DNA from: a candidate division TM6 bacterium GW2011_GWF2_38_10
GTDB taxonomy: Bacteria; Babelota; Babeliae; Babelales; RVW-14
Length of the DNA: 64,000 bases
Direction of reading: 5' to 3'
NCBI GenBank assembly: GCA_000992305.1
Contig: LBTY01000007.1
Span: 28,620-92,619, forward strand
The position numbers were made by a program, and so were the translations under genes. The number at the start of each line of letters is the position of its first letter. Position 1 is the first letter of the stretch. Of the stretch, positions 7,758 through 17,078 are shown piece after piece. The notes beneath the pieces were generated by a model, which worked only from the letters and a program-made list of their open reading frames with translations, had not been told where the DNA came from and did no database searches.

Positions 7758-10577
7758 ATGAAGTACTTACGTCTATCGCCGCTTCTTCTTGCAACAACAC
7801 TCGCCTATACTCCTGTGCAGCTTTTTACTACCCCAGCGCCTACACCAATGACATATCAATTACCAACCCAAAGGCTCTTCCAAGCAGTACTTAATAAAGA
7901 TGCTCTAGCAATCGAAGATCTCTTGAAACAAGGAGCCTATATCAATGCCCAAAACGAAGATGGGGATCGCCCCATTGATATTGCCTATACCCAAGGAGAT
8001 TTTTATCTTGTTTCTCTTTTAAAAAACTATGGCGCCGATGTACAAAAAGAACGCATCGGGAAATTACCTCAAGAATTCAAAGCCCCACCGATATCTGAAA
8101 CTTTTTTTGAAAAATCTAAACTTAAACAAGAATGCATCGCAATACTTGAAGATACCCAAAAAGCATTTGATCTATTTAAACGAGGTAGAAAAACTCCTAA
8201 ACATTATAGCGATATGGATAATGAAGAAAAATTTTATCTCGATTTTGAACATGCAACAGTGCAAGAAAAATATCCGCTCGTTTATTTACTTTTGCGAAAG
8301 CAAGTTAATGCTTTGCTAGCCCATAAACCGATGAATAAATATATCAAACTTGGTATAATTTTCTCACCAACCGAAAAAAATCTCATCTACCATAATGCCT
8401 ATGCAGATACATTCTCTAATACTATACGTTTTGGCTGGGTATATCTTTATAATTACATAACCAATAATTACATTCCCTACACCATATGGAATACGCTTGC
8501 ACATGAGTGGCAACATCTGTATCAACTCGCCTACTCAACAGAAATAGAAATAACTGATGAAACACTCCCCATCGAAAAAGAAATAGATGCTGATTTTCTC
8601 GCGTCTAAAACATCTCTCTTACATATCGATGATACAGCTACATATGAAATCACAAAAGGGCATTTTATTACCCTTATTTATGTATATCTTTCATCAAAAA
8701 CAGCACACCATCCAACGTTACTTATAGAAGGATCAAATCATATTTTAAGGGCTATAACTGACCTGAATCCATATTTTCTGAATAATAACCTTAATTTTAT
8801 AAGAACCGCACTAAAAACCCTTATTGATAAAGCACATACAGATGCCCCTAAAAGACAATCTACTCGTGAATACTATCAATCCATTGTGCAATTCATACTT
8901 AACAACTATCACAAGGAAATTCAAAAACCATACATTCAAGAACAACAAGATTTTAAAAGCGATCACCCCTCTGACAAAGCTCGTAATGAAAACACCCTTA
9001 AAGTACGATGTCTTTATGAAATTTTACTTTTAAAAAAATACTATGGAACACAAGCAAGCGTCACCATATCTCCCCAAAACGCTCCCTTTTTACACACGCT
9101 TATAACTAAAGATCTTGCTATTGCTGCAATTGAAGATAAATCACAAAATCAACCCGCTACCGATTTACCCCAACAAGAAAATAGCACCCCACCACTAAAT
9201 CCTTATCATGATTTTACGTACACCATTCAACTCAGCGACTATAGCAATACCCCAATCTTAAATCCTTTTATTATTAAAAATAACGCTGTATTTGGTATAG
9301 TTTTACCTGAAAATTTTATCATTTTTGCGCTCTGCAACCCTCAACCTCATAAAGTTTTTTCCTCAACTATCATTGATGCTCGAAAAAAAACAAGTAGTCT
9401 CTCAAATGAAAGTAATGCATCTGATCTACCCAAAAAACAAATATACCCATTCAATAAAAACGCATTTACTGTTTTTGAACAACTCTACAACCAAAGCTTG
9501 TCGCTAACTTTACAATCCACAAATCCTTTTTTACATCACGAAAAAGCAATAATACTTTTTGCTCAAGTTGCTCACATTCTTCCAGAACTTGCATCACACC
9601 TTGTAGATGCTATAACAAAAGAAAAAATCGCAGCAGCCCTTGAATATATTACAATAACTATTTTTTCAATCCCCGAAGAAAATAATATAAACAACATTAG
9701 CCTCTTATCATCACGAAAAAAAAGCGAAGATATTGTCAATAAAGTTTCCCTTACACTTTTTGCTTTTTTTGCAGGTCTCGATAACTCAATTAAATTAACT
9801 ACTATAACTACAGAAATAAATAAAAAACTCCTTATAGCAGCAGATAATCTCCGCTTCAAAACTCTCATAGAAAAAATATTTTCAATTTTTTTTGGAACAC
9901 AGCAAATATCATTATTAGAAAAACTTATTGAATTTAAACTCAAAAAAACATTTTACAGCTATATAAAAAAAGGAGCCAATGTCAATACTCAAAACCATCA
10001 AGGCGATACGCCTTTACATCAAGCCATTAAAACTAATAAAAAACTATTTACACAACTACTATTAAAACTAAAAACTATAAACCCTGATATAGCAAATAAA
10101 GATGGCGAAATTCCATTACACATTGCCATTAAAAAAAAGACGGGCCAACCAATCATCGGTATGATTCTTGCAAAAACAACCAACATCAATGCCCAAAACA
10201 CCTATGGCAACACCCCCTTGCACATAGCCATAATTTTATCACAATTCGATATTATAGAACTTCTATTAAACCAAAATACAATAAATACTGATATAGCTAA
10301 TAAGGATGGCGAAACTCCATTACACATTGCAATAAAAAAAAGGATGGGCCAATCAATCATAGATATGATCCTTGCAAAAACAACCAACTTCAATATTCAA
10401 GACAATCAAGGAAACACTCCTTTATACAAAGCAATCGATGAAAAAAATATCCCAACAGTCCAACTATTACTGCAGCACAATGCTGATCCTTCAATTAAAA
10501 ATAATGCTGGAAAAACTCCCGCAAGTCGTGCTCTTGAAAAAGATATAGACCTAAATGAAATAAAGGAAGATCAATAG
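7758..10577 (+). CDS. ankyrin-repeat protein with a central HExxH (zincin-like) motif; candidate host-interaction effector
   Basis: 939 aa. There is an N-terminal ANK repeat (LLKQGAYINAQNEDGDRPIDIAY) and at least 5 C-terminal ANK repeats (GDTPLHQAI, GEIPLHIAI, GNTPLHIAI, GETPLHIAI, GNTPLYKAI, GKTPASRAL). HEWQH lies at nt 8502-8516 in the context LAHEWQHLYQLAY. A hydrophobic N-terminus is present. Confidence 0.85.
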   Translation: MKYLRLSPLLLATTLAYTPVQLFTTPAPTPMTYQLPTQRLFQAVLNKDALAIEDLLKQGAYINAQNEDGDRPIDIAYTQGDFYLVSLLKNYGADVQKERIGKLPQEFKAPPISETFFEKSKLKQECIAILEDTQKAFDLFKRGRKTPKHYSDMDNEEKFYLDFEHATVQEKYPLVYLLLRKQVNALLAHKPMNKYIKLGIIFSPTEKNLIYHNAYADTFSNTIRFGWVYLYNYITNNYIPYTIWNTLAHEWQHLYQLAYSTEIEITDETLPIEKEIDADFLASKTSLLHIDDTATYEITKGHFITLIYVYLSSKTAHHPTLLIEGSNHILRAITDLNPYFLNNNLNFIRTALKTLIDKAHTDAPKRQSTREYYQSIVQFILNNYHKEIQKPYIQEQQDFKSDHPSDKARNENTLKVRCLYEILLLKKYYGTQASVTISPQNAPFLHTLITKDLAIAAIEDKSQNQPATDLPQQENSTPPLNPYHDFTYTIQLSDYSNTPILNPFIIKNNAVFGIVLPENFIIFALCNPQPHKVFSSTIIDARKKTSSLSNESNASDLPKKQIYPFNKNAFTVFEQLYNQSLSLTLQSTNPFLHHEKAIILFAQVAHILPELASHLVDAITKEKIAAALEYITITIFSIPEENNINNISLLSSRKKSEDIVNKVSLTLFAFFAGLDNSIKLTTITTEINKKLLIAADNLRFKTLIEKIFSIFFGTQQISLLEKLIEFKLKKTFYSYIKKGANVNTQNHQGDTPLHQAIKTNKKLFTQLLLKLKTINPDIANKDGEIPLHIAIKKKTGQPIIGMILAKTTNINAQNTYGNTPLHIAIILSQFDIIELLLNQNTINTDIANKDGETPLHIAIKKRMGQSIIDMILAKTTNFNIQDNQGNTPLYKAIDEKNIPTVQLLLQHNADPSIKNNAGKTPASRALEKDIDLNEIKEDQ
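10086..10403 (+). repeat. intragenic tandem duplication, period 204 nt (two ANK repeats per unit)
   Basis: 10086-10199 and 10290-10403 align base for base with few substitutions (gatatagcaaataaagatggcgaaattccattacacattgcc... against gatatagctaataaggatggcgaaactccattacacattgca...). Confidence 0.7.
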
Positions 10578-10642
10578 AAAAAAATTAATAACACCCACTT
10601 GCAACAATCATAAAATATGCTAATATTCTCACATGTAACTTT

Positions 10643-10718
10643 GCGGGAATAGCTCAATTGGTAGAGCATTGCCTTCCCAAGGCAAGGGTTGCGGGTTCGA
10701 GTCCCGTTTCCCGCTCCA
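10643..10718 (+). tRNA. tRNA-Gly (anticodon CCC), CCA encoded
   Basis: Manual cloverleaf. Acceptor gcgggaa/ttcccgc, D arm gctc-aattggta-gagc, anticodon arm ttgcc-TTCCCAA-ggcaa, T arm gcggg-ttcgagt-cccgt, discriminator T, then CCA. Confidence 0.9.
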
Positions 10719-10742
10719 AAATGTTATCACATAGAATATATA

Positions 10743-10766
10743 CCCTGGCACGTGCCAGGGTTTTTT
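10743..10766 (+). terminator. terminator after tRNA-Gly
   Basis: Palindrome ccctggc-acgt-gccaggg (10743-10760) followed by T6. Confidence 0.7.
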
Positions 10767-10805
10767 GTCCTTACCTGTTTTATTATTATAAGGAAGCATT
10801 TTTTT

Positions 10806-11564
10806 ATGGTTAAACACATTTTCACACTTTATGCATTATTTATTTTTGCATTTTCAATCAACACCCATACACTGGATTGCAGCATACAACAATGTTCAAG
10901 TCTTCAAGAAATAACCAATACTATCGAAAATCAAACCCTTTTTGTTTTCGATTTTGATAACACACTTTTTGAATGTGTTGACGCACAACAAGGAAGCGAT
11001 CAATGGTTTGCTGGAGCAATTAATTATTTTAAAAAACAACATAATGATCAAGCATTTGAACACGTTCTTAATCTTTATCAACAAAAACATCAAACAGCGC
11101 TCATTCAACCAGCAGAAGCCTGTACGCTTGATATTCTGAACCAACTCAAAAAACAAGTTCCTCATATCAACGTCATTATTCTTACGGCACGGTCTATCAT
11201 TCAAGAAACAGAACGTGAATTAGATAACATTCAAAACGCCCCGGTTTCATCATTTTCTTTCGCCCCCTTTCACCTTGATGCTCATAAATCAAAAACATTC
11301 CGCCTTTCAAAAGAAGATGCTTTTTATAAAAATGGCATTATGTTTTGTGGTTGCAATAAAAAAAGCGAAGCGCTTATAGCTTTATTACAGCATTATAAGC
11401 TTACCCCTAAAAAAATAGTTTTTGTTGACGATCGCCAACACCATGTTGAAGATGTGCACTCAGCACTCACCGCACAATCTCTCAATATAATAGGACTCCA
11501 TTACACTCACCTTGCAGATAAAATTAACGCATTTATTTTTAATCCCGCAACACTTGTTGCTTAA
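10806..11564 (+). CDS. exported HAD-superfamily (DxDxT) hydrolase-like protein
   Basis: The track ORF starts at 10689 inside the tRNA. The realistic start is the ATG at 10806 (MVKHIFTLYALFIFAFSINT signal). HAD motif I is FVFDFDNTLF (DFDNT at 10950-10964) and motif IV-like is IVFVDDRQHH. Confidence 0.65.
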   Translation: MVKHIFTLYALFIFAFSINTHTLDCSIQQCSSLQEITNTIENQTLFVFDFDNTLFECVDAQQGSDQWFAGAINYFKKQHNDQAFEHVLNLYQQKHQTALIQPAEACTLDILNQLKKQVPHINVIILTARSIIQETERELDNIQNAPVSSFSFAPFHLDAHKSKTFRLSKEDAFYKNGIMFCGCNKKSEALIALLQHYKLTPKKIVFVDDRQHHVEDVHSALTAQSLNIIGLHYTHLADKINAFIFNPATLVA

Positions 11565-11596
11565 ATAACTCTATTTCTTACCATAAAGGATTTTTT

Positions 11597-12346
11597 ATGT
11601 TTTTAAAAAAACTACTACTTTCAATTGCTCTCACAACTTGTACCATAACCTCATACGGGTTAACTGCAGCACGCGAACCATTAAATAACCCTTCGCCAAA
11701 TATCAATTACGTTAATTCGCTTAATAACTTAACCCAATACAATAACAGTATTATCATTATGCCGCTTGAGCTATTTTTTAATATTGGCCATTCATTTGAT
11801 GAGCACAACCGAAGCATCCCCCGTCCATCGACAATAAATGTATTTGCCGCCTCATTACTTAACAGAACATTTTACTCATACCAAGCCGTTATTGCATGCC
11901 AAGAAACACTTTTTATAAAAAAAGGTTTTAACAGCGAAGAATACAGCCTCGAAGAAGATATCCAAGAAGTTGAAGCACTTATTAAACGCTATGATACGTT
12001 GCATCACAAAACCAACTATTACAAAAAAAGTACCCCTGATACAACTTTTATATCCCAACTTCACCTTGCAAACGATACCCTTATACTTGAAAGCCAGAAC
12101 GGTCAAATCATCTATAAAAACGGTGTTTTATACACAGGCAAAAATACAACAAAAAATGCATTAATTGCATTTTTTAATTATTTTGAAAAAAATGATTTCT
12201 CATTTCTTAGAACATTAATCTATGTAAACACAACCCCCTGCAAAACTGCAGTCATTGAATCAATTGCTCAAGATTTTCACTGCGGAGCACTTCAATTTGT
12301 TTGCCCTTATAAAAAATACTACCTACCAGACAACTTTCAATTCTAA
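11597..12346 (+). CDS. paralogue of the preceding HAD-like protein lacking the catalytic Asp motifs
   Basis: 249 aa with a signal peptide. IYKNGVLYTGKNTTKNALIAFFNYF aligns with FYKNGIMFCGCNKKSEALIALLQHY of the upstream gene. Motif I is replaced by IIIMPLELFFN and motif IV by LIYVNTTPC. Confidence 0.6.
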   Translation: MFLKKLLLSIALTTCTITSYGLTAAREPLNNPSPNINYVNSLNNLTQYNNSIIIMPLELFFNIGHSFDEHNRSIPRPSTINVFAASLLNRTFYSYQAVIACQETLFIKKGFNSEEYSLEEDIQEVEALIKRYDTLHHKTNYYKKSTPDTTFISQLHLANDTLILESQNGQIIYKNGVLYTGKNTTKNALIAFFNYFEKNDFSFLRTLIYVNTTPCKTAVIESIAQDFHCGALQFVCPYKKYYLPDNFQF

Positions 12347-12371
12347 TACTCGAATAAAATAGTTTTTTACC

Positions 12372-12406
12372 AAGAGGTGCTTCATTTTCTTAGCACCTCT
12401 TTTTTG
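12372..12406 (+). terminator. rho-independent terminator
   Basis: 10-bp stem, aagaggtgct (12372-12381) with agcacctctt (12392-12401), then a T-run. Confidence 0.7.
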
Positions 12407-12542
12407 TTTTTAATCAGACATTCCATTACTCGATTACAAAAATACCTATTCGTCATTTTGTCAAAATACTTATAATTAGTAACCAAATAAGATAAAATAC
12501 TCATATAAACAAATCGCCAAACCCCAAAGGAGTATTATTATC

Positions 12543-13487
12543 ATGAAGCACGAGCCAATTCTTCAAATAAAAAATCTTACAAAAATATATCCCGCCCCAA
12601 CAAAAACGGGAACCCCTATGGTCGCCGTCAATAATGTTTCTTTTTCACTCCAAAAAGGAGAAATATTGGGATTATTGGGCCCCAATGGCGCCGGAAAAAC
12701 AACAATCATTCATATGATTTTAGGAACCCTCACACCAACAAAAGGTTCGATCATTGCCTTTGGACTTGACAGCTCACAACACACAACACACGTTAGAGAA
12801 AAAATGGGCTTTGCAAGTACCTACGTAGATTTTTCACAACACCTTACCGTCTATGAAAATATCATGGTACATGCCCGACTTTATGGGATGAAGCCTAAAG
12901 ACATTAAGCCTGCAATTGAACAATCACTTAACGACTTTGGTGTTTTAAACCAACATAACAAAGTACTAAGTGCCCTATCTGCAGGACAAAAAACACGCGT
13001 CATGTTAGCAACCGCCTTTGTCACTAAACCACAACTCATCCTCCTGGATGAACCAACCGCATCACTCGACCCAGACATTGCATTCGATGTGCGACAATTC
13101 ATCCTTGATAAACAAAAGACCGATAACATAAGCATTCTCATCACCTCGCACAATATGAATGAAGTAGAACAAGTATGTAATCGAGTTATTGTACTCAAAG
13201 AAGGATCAATCATCGCCCATGATACACCAGCAAATCTTGCAGCCAGCATTAGCACAACTACCATACAACTCAACGTTGGCGATGGGCTTAAACGCACACA
13301 AGCGCTTGCCCAAGAACAAGGCCTTGCCTACACCATTAAAGATCGTTGGATTGATATAACATTAGAAGAACATGCCATCGCAGCTTTTTTAAGTTCGCTT
13401 GCACAAACGGGCGTTCAATACACTGAAATATCAATAGAAAAACCAACGCTCGAAGATTATTTTTTACACATTGCTAAAAATGATTAA
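12543..13487 (+). CDS. ABC transporter ATP-binding protein (ABC-2/DrrA-like)
   Basis: Walker A GPNGAGKTT, signature LSAGQKTRV, Walker B LILLDEPTASLD, and H-loop TSHNM. Confidence 0.9.
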   Translation: MKHEPILQIKNLTKIYPAPTKTGTPMVAVNNVSFSLQKGEILGLLGPNGAGKTTIIHMILGTLTPTKGSIIAFGLDSSQHTTHVREKMGFASTYVDFSQHLTVYENIMVHARLYGMKPKDIKPAIEQSLNDFGVLNQHNKVLSALSAGQKTRVMLATAFVTKPQLILLDEPTASLDPDIAFDVRQFILDKQKTDNISILITSHNMNEVEQVCNRVIVLKEGSIIAHDTPANLAASISTTTIQLNVGDGLKRTQALAQEQGLAYTIKDRWIDITLEEHAIAAFLSSLAQTGVQYTEISIEKPTLEDYFLHIAKND

Positions 13488-13498
13488 AGGAGTCTGCC

Positions 13499-14290
13499 AT
13501 GTATTCTTTTTCACTCAACAGAATAAAAGCCATCATCATTCGAAGTGTACTTTATTACATTCATAACAAAATGACACTCGTTGACCTTATTTTTTGGCCA
13601 GCACTTGATATCATTGTATGGGGAACCACAAGTGTATGGTTTTCCCGCAGCAGCGCATCCCCCGAAACATTTATTGTAGCCATTCTTACAGGACTTGTTT
13701 TTTGGGAAATGACGGTACGTTCTATTTATGAATTATCAGTCGGCATGATTCGAGAAATCGATAATCGATGCCTTATCACACTTTTTACAACGCCATTAAA
13801 ATCAGGTGAATGGATCGCAGCATCATGTACCATTGGACTTTTGCGAGCTTTTATTTCAGCTTTTTTTTGTACATCATTGGTTGCATTATTTTACGGAAAA
13901 AACCTTTTATCTATAGGCCTTGCAAGCATACCTTTTGCGTTAGCCCTTATCGTCGCGGGATGGAGTATTGGCATTTTTGGTGCAAGTATCATGGTATACT
14001 TTGGCCACAAAGTACAAGGGATTCCATGGATGCTGCCTTATTTTTTTGCTCCATTTAGTGGTATCACCTACCCTATATCTGCCCTCCCTTCATGGATGCA
14101 AAACTTTGGCTATGCATTGCCTACAACCTATATTTTTGAAAGTGTCAGAACCACCATTATGACAGGCCACACTCCTTGGAAAATTTTCTTTACAGGCGTT
14201 GGTATAAGCTGCATCTTTCTTATCGCAAGCCTTGCTTTTTTTTCATACATGTTTAACAAAAGCAAAGACAAAGGCCTTGCGCGACTTTAA
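13499..14290 (+). CDS. ABC-2 type transporter permease
   Basis: 263 aa with about 6 hydrophobic segments. It starts 11 nt after the ATPase gene, the usual ABC-2 pair arrangement. Confidence 0.8.
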   Translation: MYSFSLNRIKAIIIRSVLYYIHNKMTLVDLIFWPALDIIVWGTTSVWFSRSSASPETFIVAILTGLVFWEMTVRSIYELSVGMIREIDNRCLITLFTTPLKSGEWIAASCTIGLLRAFISAFFCTSLVALFYGKNLLSIGLASIPFALALIVAGWSIGIFGASIMVYFGHKVQGIPWMLPYFFAPFSGITYPISALPSWMQNFGYALPTTYIFESVRTTIMTGHTPWKIFFTGVGISCIFLIASLAFFSYMFNKSKDKGLARL

Positions 14291-14408
14291 TGGTGAATAA
14301 AAAATTCCTTTTTTTTTTACCCAATTTGCACTAATATTTCTGTGTATGGTTACAATACACCGTACACAAAAAATGAATGCTTACAATTATCCTTGTATGG
14401 AGCCACTT

Positions 14409-15650
14409 ATGATAGATTTGACAAAATTACGTGAAAATCCAACCCACGTTAAAGAACTTATTTTACGCAAAGAACCAACGTTTCCGATCGATCAATTAAT
14501 TGAACTTGATCAAACGGTTAAAAATCTTAAATCAACCCTAGAACAACTACGTAAAGAAAAAAATGACCTTGCCGCACAAGGAGCCAAAGGCATCACCGCC
14601 GAATTACGCGAAAAAGGCAGTGAACTAGGAAAAAAAATAAAAGAACAAGAAGCAGAACTTGCAACCCAAGAAGAAACATTTAATAATCTCTGGCTCTCAT
14701 GCCCAAATCTTCCGCAAGACGACCTCCCTATTGGCAACAAAGAAGCAAACAAAGCAGTACGCACGATTGGCAGCAAGCAAGCGTTTTCTTTTACGCCTAA
14801 AAACCATGTTGAACTTAATGAAAAAGCTGGCTGGTTTGACTTTCAGGCTGGAGCAAAAATGTCTGGAGCTCAATTTGCCCTTTATCGTGGAATTGGAACA
14901 AAAGTTATTTATGCACTTACACGCATAATGCTTAAAAATAACGTTATGCACGGATTTGAACCAATAATCCCCCCATACCTTGTAACAGAAAAAGCACTCT
15001 ATAACTCCGGCAACTTGCCTAAATTTCGCGGTGATTATTATGAAGTACCGGCCCATGGATTAAACCTTATCCCAACCGCAGAAGTAAGTTTAACCAACCT
15101 CTATGCCAACCAAATTTTAGACACCAACCAACTCCCATTACGCATGACAGCATGGACCAGTTGTTTTCGTAGCGAAGCGGGAACCTATGGTGCCTTGGAG
15201 CGCGGCCTTATCCGCATCCATCAATTTGAAAAATGTGAAATTTATAGCATTTGTGCAGCAGAACAATCACACCAGGAATTAGAAATGATGGTCGGCTGCG
15301 GCGAAAAAATTTTACAACAATTAGGACTTCATTACCGCGTCAGTCTTTTGGCAACACAAGACTGTTCATTTTCTTCATCACGAACATATGATATTGAAGT
15401 ATGGCTCCCGGGCCAACAACAGTACTATGAAGTATCATCATGCAGCAATTGCACAGATTTTCAGGCACGCCGAGCCCAAATACGCCACCGCCGCTCTGCC
15501 GATGAAAAACCTGAAATTGCCCACACACTTAATGCATCCTCGCTCGCCCTTCCTCGCCTAATGGTGGCGCTTATGGAGACATATCAACAAGAAGATGGCT
15601 CAATAAAACTCCCTGAGGTACTCCAAAAAGAAATGGATGCTTTGTGGTAA
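14409..15650 (+). CDS. serS: seryl-tRNA synthetase
   Basis: MIDLTKLRENP start (ATG 14409; the track ORF starts upstream at 14346). An N-terminal coiled-coil arm is present, with class II motifs FRSEAG, GLIRIHQFEKCE and TLNASSLALPRLMVALMETYQ. Confidence 0.93.
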   Translation: MIDLTKLRENPTHVKELILRKEPTFPIDQLIELDQTVKNLKSTLEQLRKEKNDLAAQGAKGITAELREKGSELGKKIKEQEAELATQEETFNNLWLSCPNLPQDDLPIGNKEANKAVRTIGSKQAFSFTPKNHVELNEKAGWFDFQAGAKMSGAQFALYRGIGTKVIYALTRIMLKNNVMHGFEPIIPPYLVTEKALYNSGNLPKFRGDYYEVPAHGLNLIPTAEVSLTNLYANQILDTNQLPLRMTAWTSCFRSEAGTYGALERGLIRIHQFEKCEIYSICAAEQSHQELEMMVGCGEKILQQLGLHYRVSLLATQDCSFSSSRTYDIEVWLPGQQQYYEVSSCSNCTDFQARRAQIRHRRSADEKPEIAHTLNASSLALPRLMVALMETYQQEDGSIKLPEVLQKEMDALW

Positions 15651-15672
15651 TGTTATAAACAAGGAGTAAACC

Positions 15673-16548
15673 ATGATTAATGAAGCAATACGAAAGAAAA
15701 TCAAATTAATAAAAATCCATACAAATCGCCTCATGCAAAGCACCATTATGGGAGATTACACATCGGCGATTAAAGGGTCTGGACTTGAATTTGATCAAAT
15801 TCGTGAATATCAATTTGGTGATGATGTTCGCAGGATCGACTGGAATAGCTCGGCCAAAGGCGACAAAATCATGGTTAAACAATTTATAGAAGAGCGTGAA
15901 AGAACCATTATACTCGCTATTGATATTTCACGCTCTTGCCAATATTCCAGCAAAGAAGAACTTCGCCAAGACGTCATTGCGCAACTTGCAGGCACCCTTG
16001 CACTCGTTGCAGGTAACAACAAAGACAAAGTCGGCGCATTATTTTTTTCTGACAAAATTGAAAAATGGATTGCTCCCAGCCGTGGGCCACTTCATGTTGG
16101 AAAAATTCTTGAAGCAGTATTTACCATTGAACCACAAGGAACTAAAACATCATTAGAAAACGCTCTCAAATTTCTTATTAATCTTAAACACCGCAATGCC
16201 ATTGTATTTATGTTATCAGACTGGATTGATGATGAAGCATCATATAAAAATGCACTCCGCATCGCCAGTTGCAAATACGACCTCATTGGCATTAGAATCC
16301 TTGACCAATGCGAACACACCTTCCCCAACATCGGACTCCTTGAAATCGAAGATCCTGAAAGTGGCGAACGCTTTATCATCAATACAACATCACTCAAAAA
16401 TCGCTCTACGTTTCTTCAAACACGCCTTGCTGAACAAAAACAATTTTTTGACCGCCATGCTCTAGATATTCTCGATATCACCATTGGAAGACCATTTATT
16501 AATAGTATTATTTCATTTTTCCATCGAAGAATTAAACGACAAATTTAA
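15673..16548 (+). CDS. DUF58 (vWA-like, MoxR-associated family) protein
   Basis: GSGLEFDQIREYQFGDDVRRIDWNSSAK is the DUF58 signature, followed by a vWA-like ILAIDISRS block. Confidence 0.8.
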   Translation: MINEAIRKKIKLIKIHTNRLMQSTIMGDYTSAIKGSGLEFDQIREYQFGDDVRRIDWNSSAKGDKIMVKQFIEERERTIILAIDISRSCQYSSKEELRQDVIAQLAGTLALVAGNNKDKVGALFFSDKIEKWIAPSRGPLHVGKILEAVFTIEPQGTKTSLENALKFLINLKHRNAIVFMLSDWIDDEASYKNALRIASCKYDLIGIRILDQCEHTFPNIGLLEIEDPESGERFIINTTSLKNRSTFLQTRLAEQKQFFDRHALDILDITIGRPFINSIISFFHRRIKRQI

Positions 16549-16571
16549 TCACATAAAACTGCGAGGATACC

Positions 16572-17078
16572 ATGCCATCAAATCCTACTTTTTACGATAT
16601 TTATGAATACTATGAACCAGCCTGGTGGACACAAAAATGGGCTCTTGGCCTCTTTGCATCTTTTGGAATTCTTATTATTCTCTTAGTCGTCTGGCTCATT
16701 ATAAAAAAGAAGAAAAAAAAGATCCTCCCTTGGGATTGGGCAATAGCGCAAATTAATAAATTAACAACCTCAACACTCTCCACGCAAAAGGACTTTAAAA
16801 CATTTTATTTTACCCTCACAAGCATTTTAAAACACTATTTTCACTTACGTTATTTTTGGCAAACGGCTGATAAAACAGATCAAGAACTTATTACACTTTT
16901 GCAAGAACAGCAATTTGATGAGCAGCATCTTGAATTAGTAAAAAAAATACTCTCAAGTGCATTATGGATTAAATTTGCAAATGAAGGTGCCTTGAAAAAT
17001 CAGATAGAACAAGATAAACTACACATCCTTGATATCATAGAAAAAACAAAACCGTCAGATTATAAGAAAGTTTCATGA
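16572..17078 (+). CDS. single-pass membrane protein, DUF4381-like (Bat/MoxR operon accessory)
   Basis: 168 aa. PAWWTQKWALGLF, then a TM segment, a poly-K stretch, PWDWAIAQINKL, TDQELITLL and ALWIKFA. This matches the DUF4381 layout as I recall it. Confidence 0.55.
   Translation: MPSNPTFYDIYEYYEPAWWTQKWALGLFASFGILIILLVVWLIIKKKKKKILPWDWAIAQINKLTTSTLSTQKDFKTFYFTLTSILKHYFHLRYFWQTADKTDQELITLLQEQQFDEQHLELVKKILSSALWIKFANEGALKNQIEQDKLHILDIIEKTKPSDYKKVS

Noticed and set aside
7520-7894. 124-aa ORF bridging the end of rplU, its terminator and the start of the ankyrin gene
   Set aside because: It overlaps two supported genes and an intrinsic terminator, and has no independent support.
10689-10805. N-terminal 39 codons of track ORF 10689-11564
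   Set aside because: This stretch overlaps tRNA-Gly and its terminator. An internal ATG at 10806 gives a proper signal peptide, so the gene was trimmed.
14291-14408. Possible T-box or other leader upstream of aminoacyl-tRNA synthetase genes (serS, and likewise cysS, gltX, trpS)
   Set aside because: The upstream gaps are only 20-120 nt, too short for a T-box riboswitch. No specifier or antiterminator architecture is visible.
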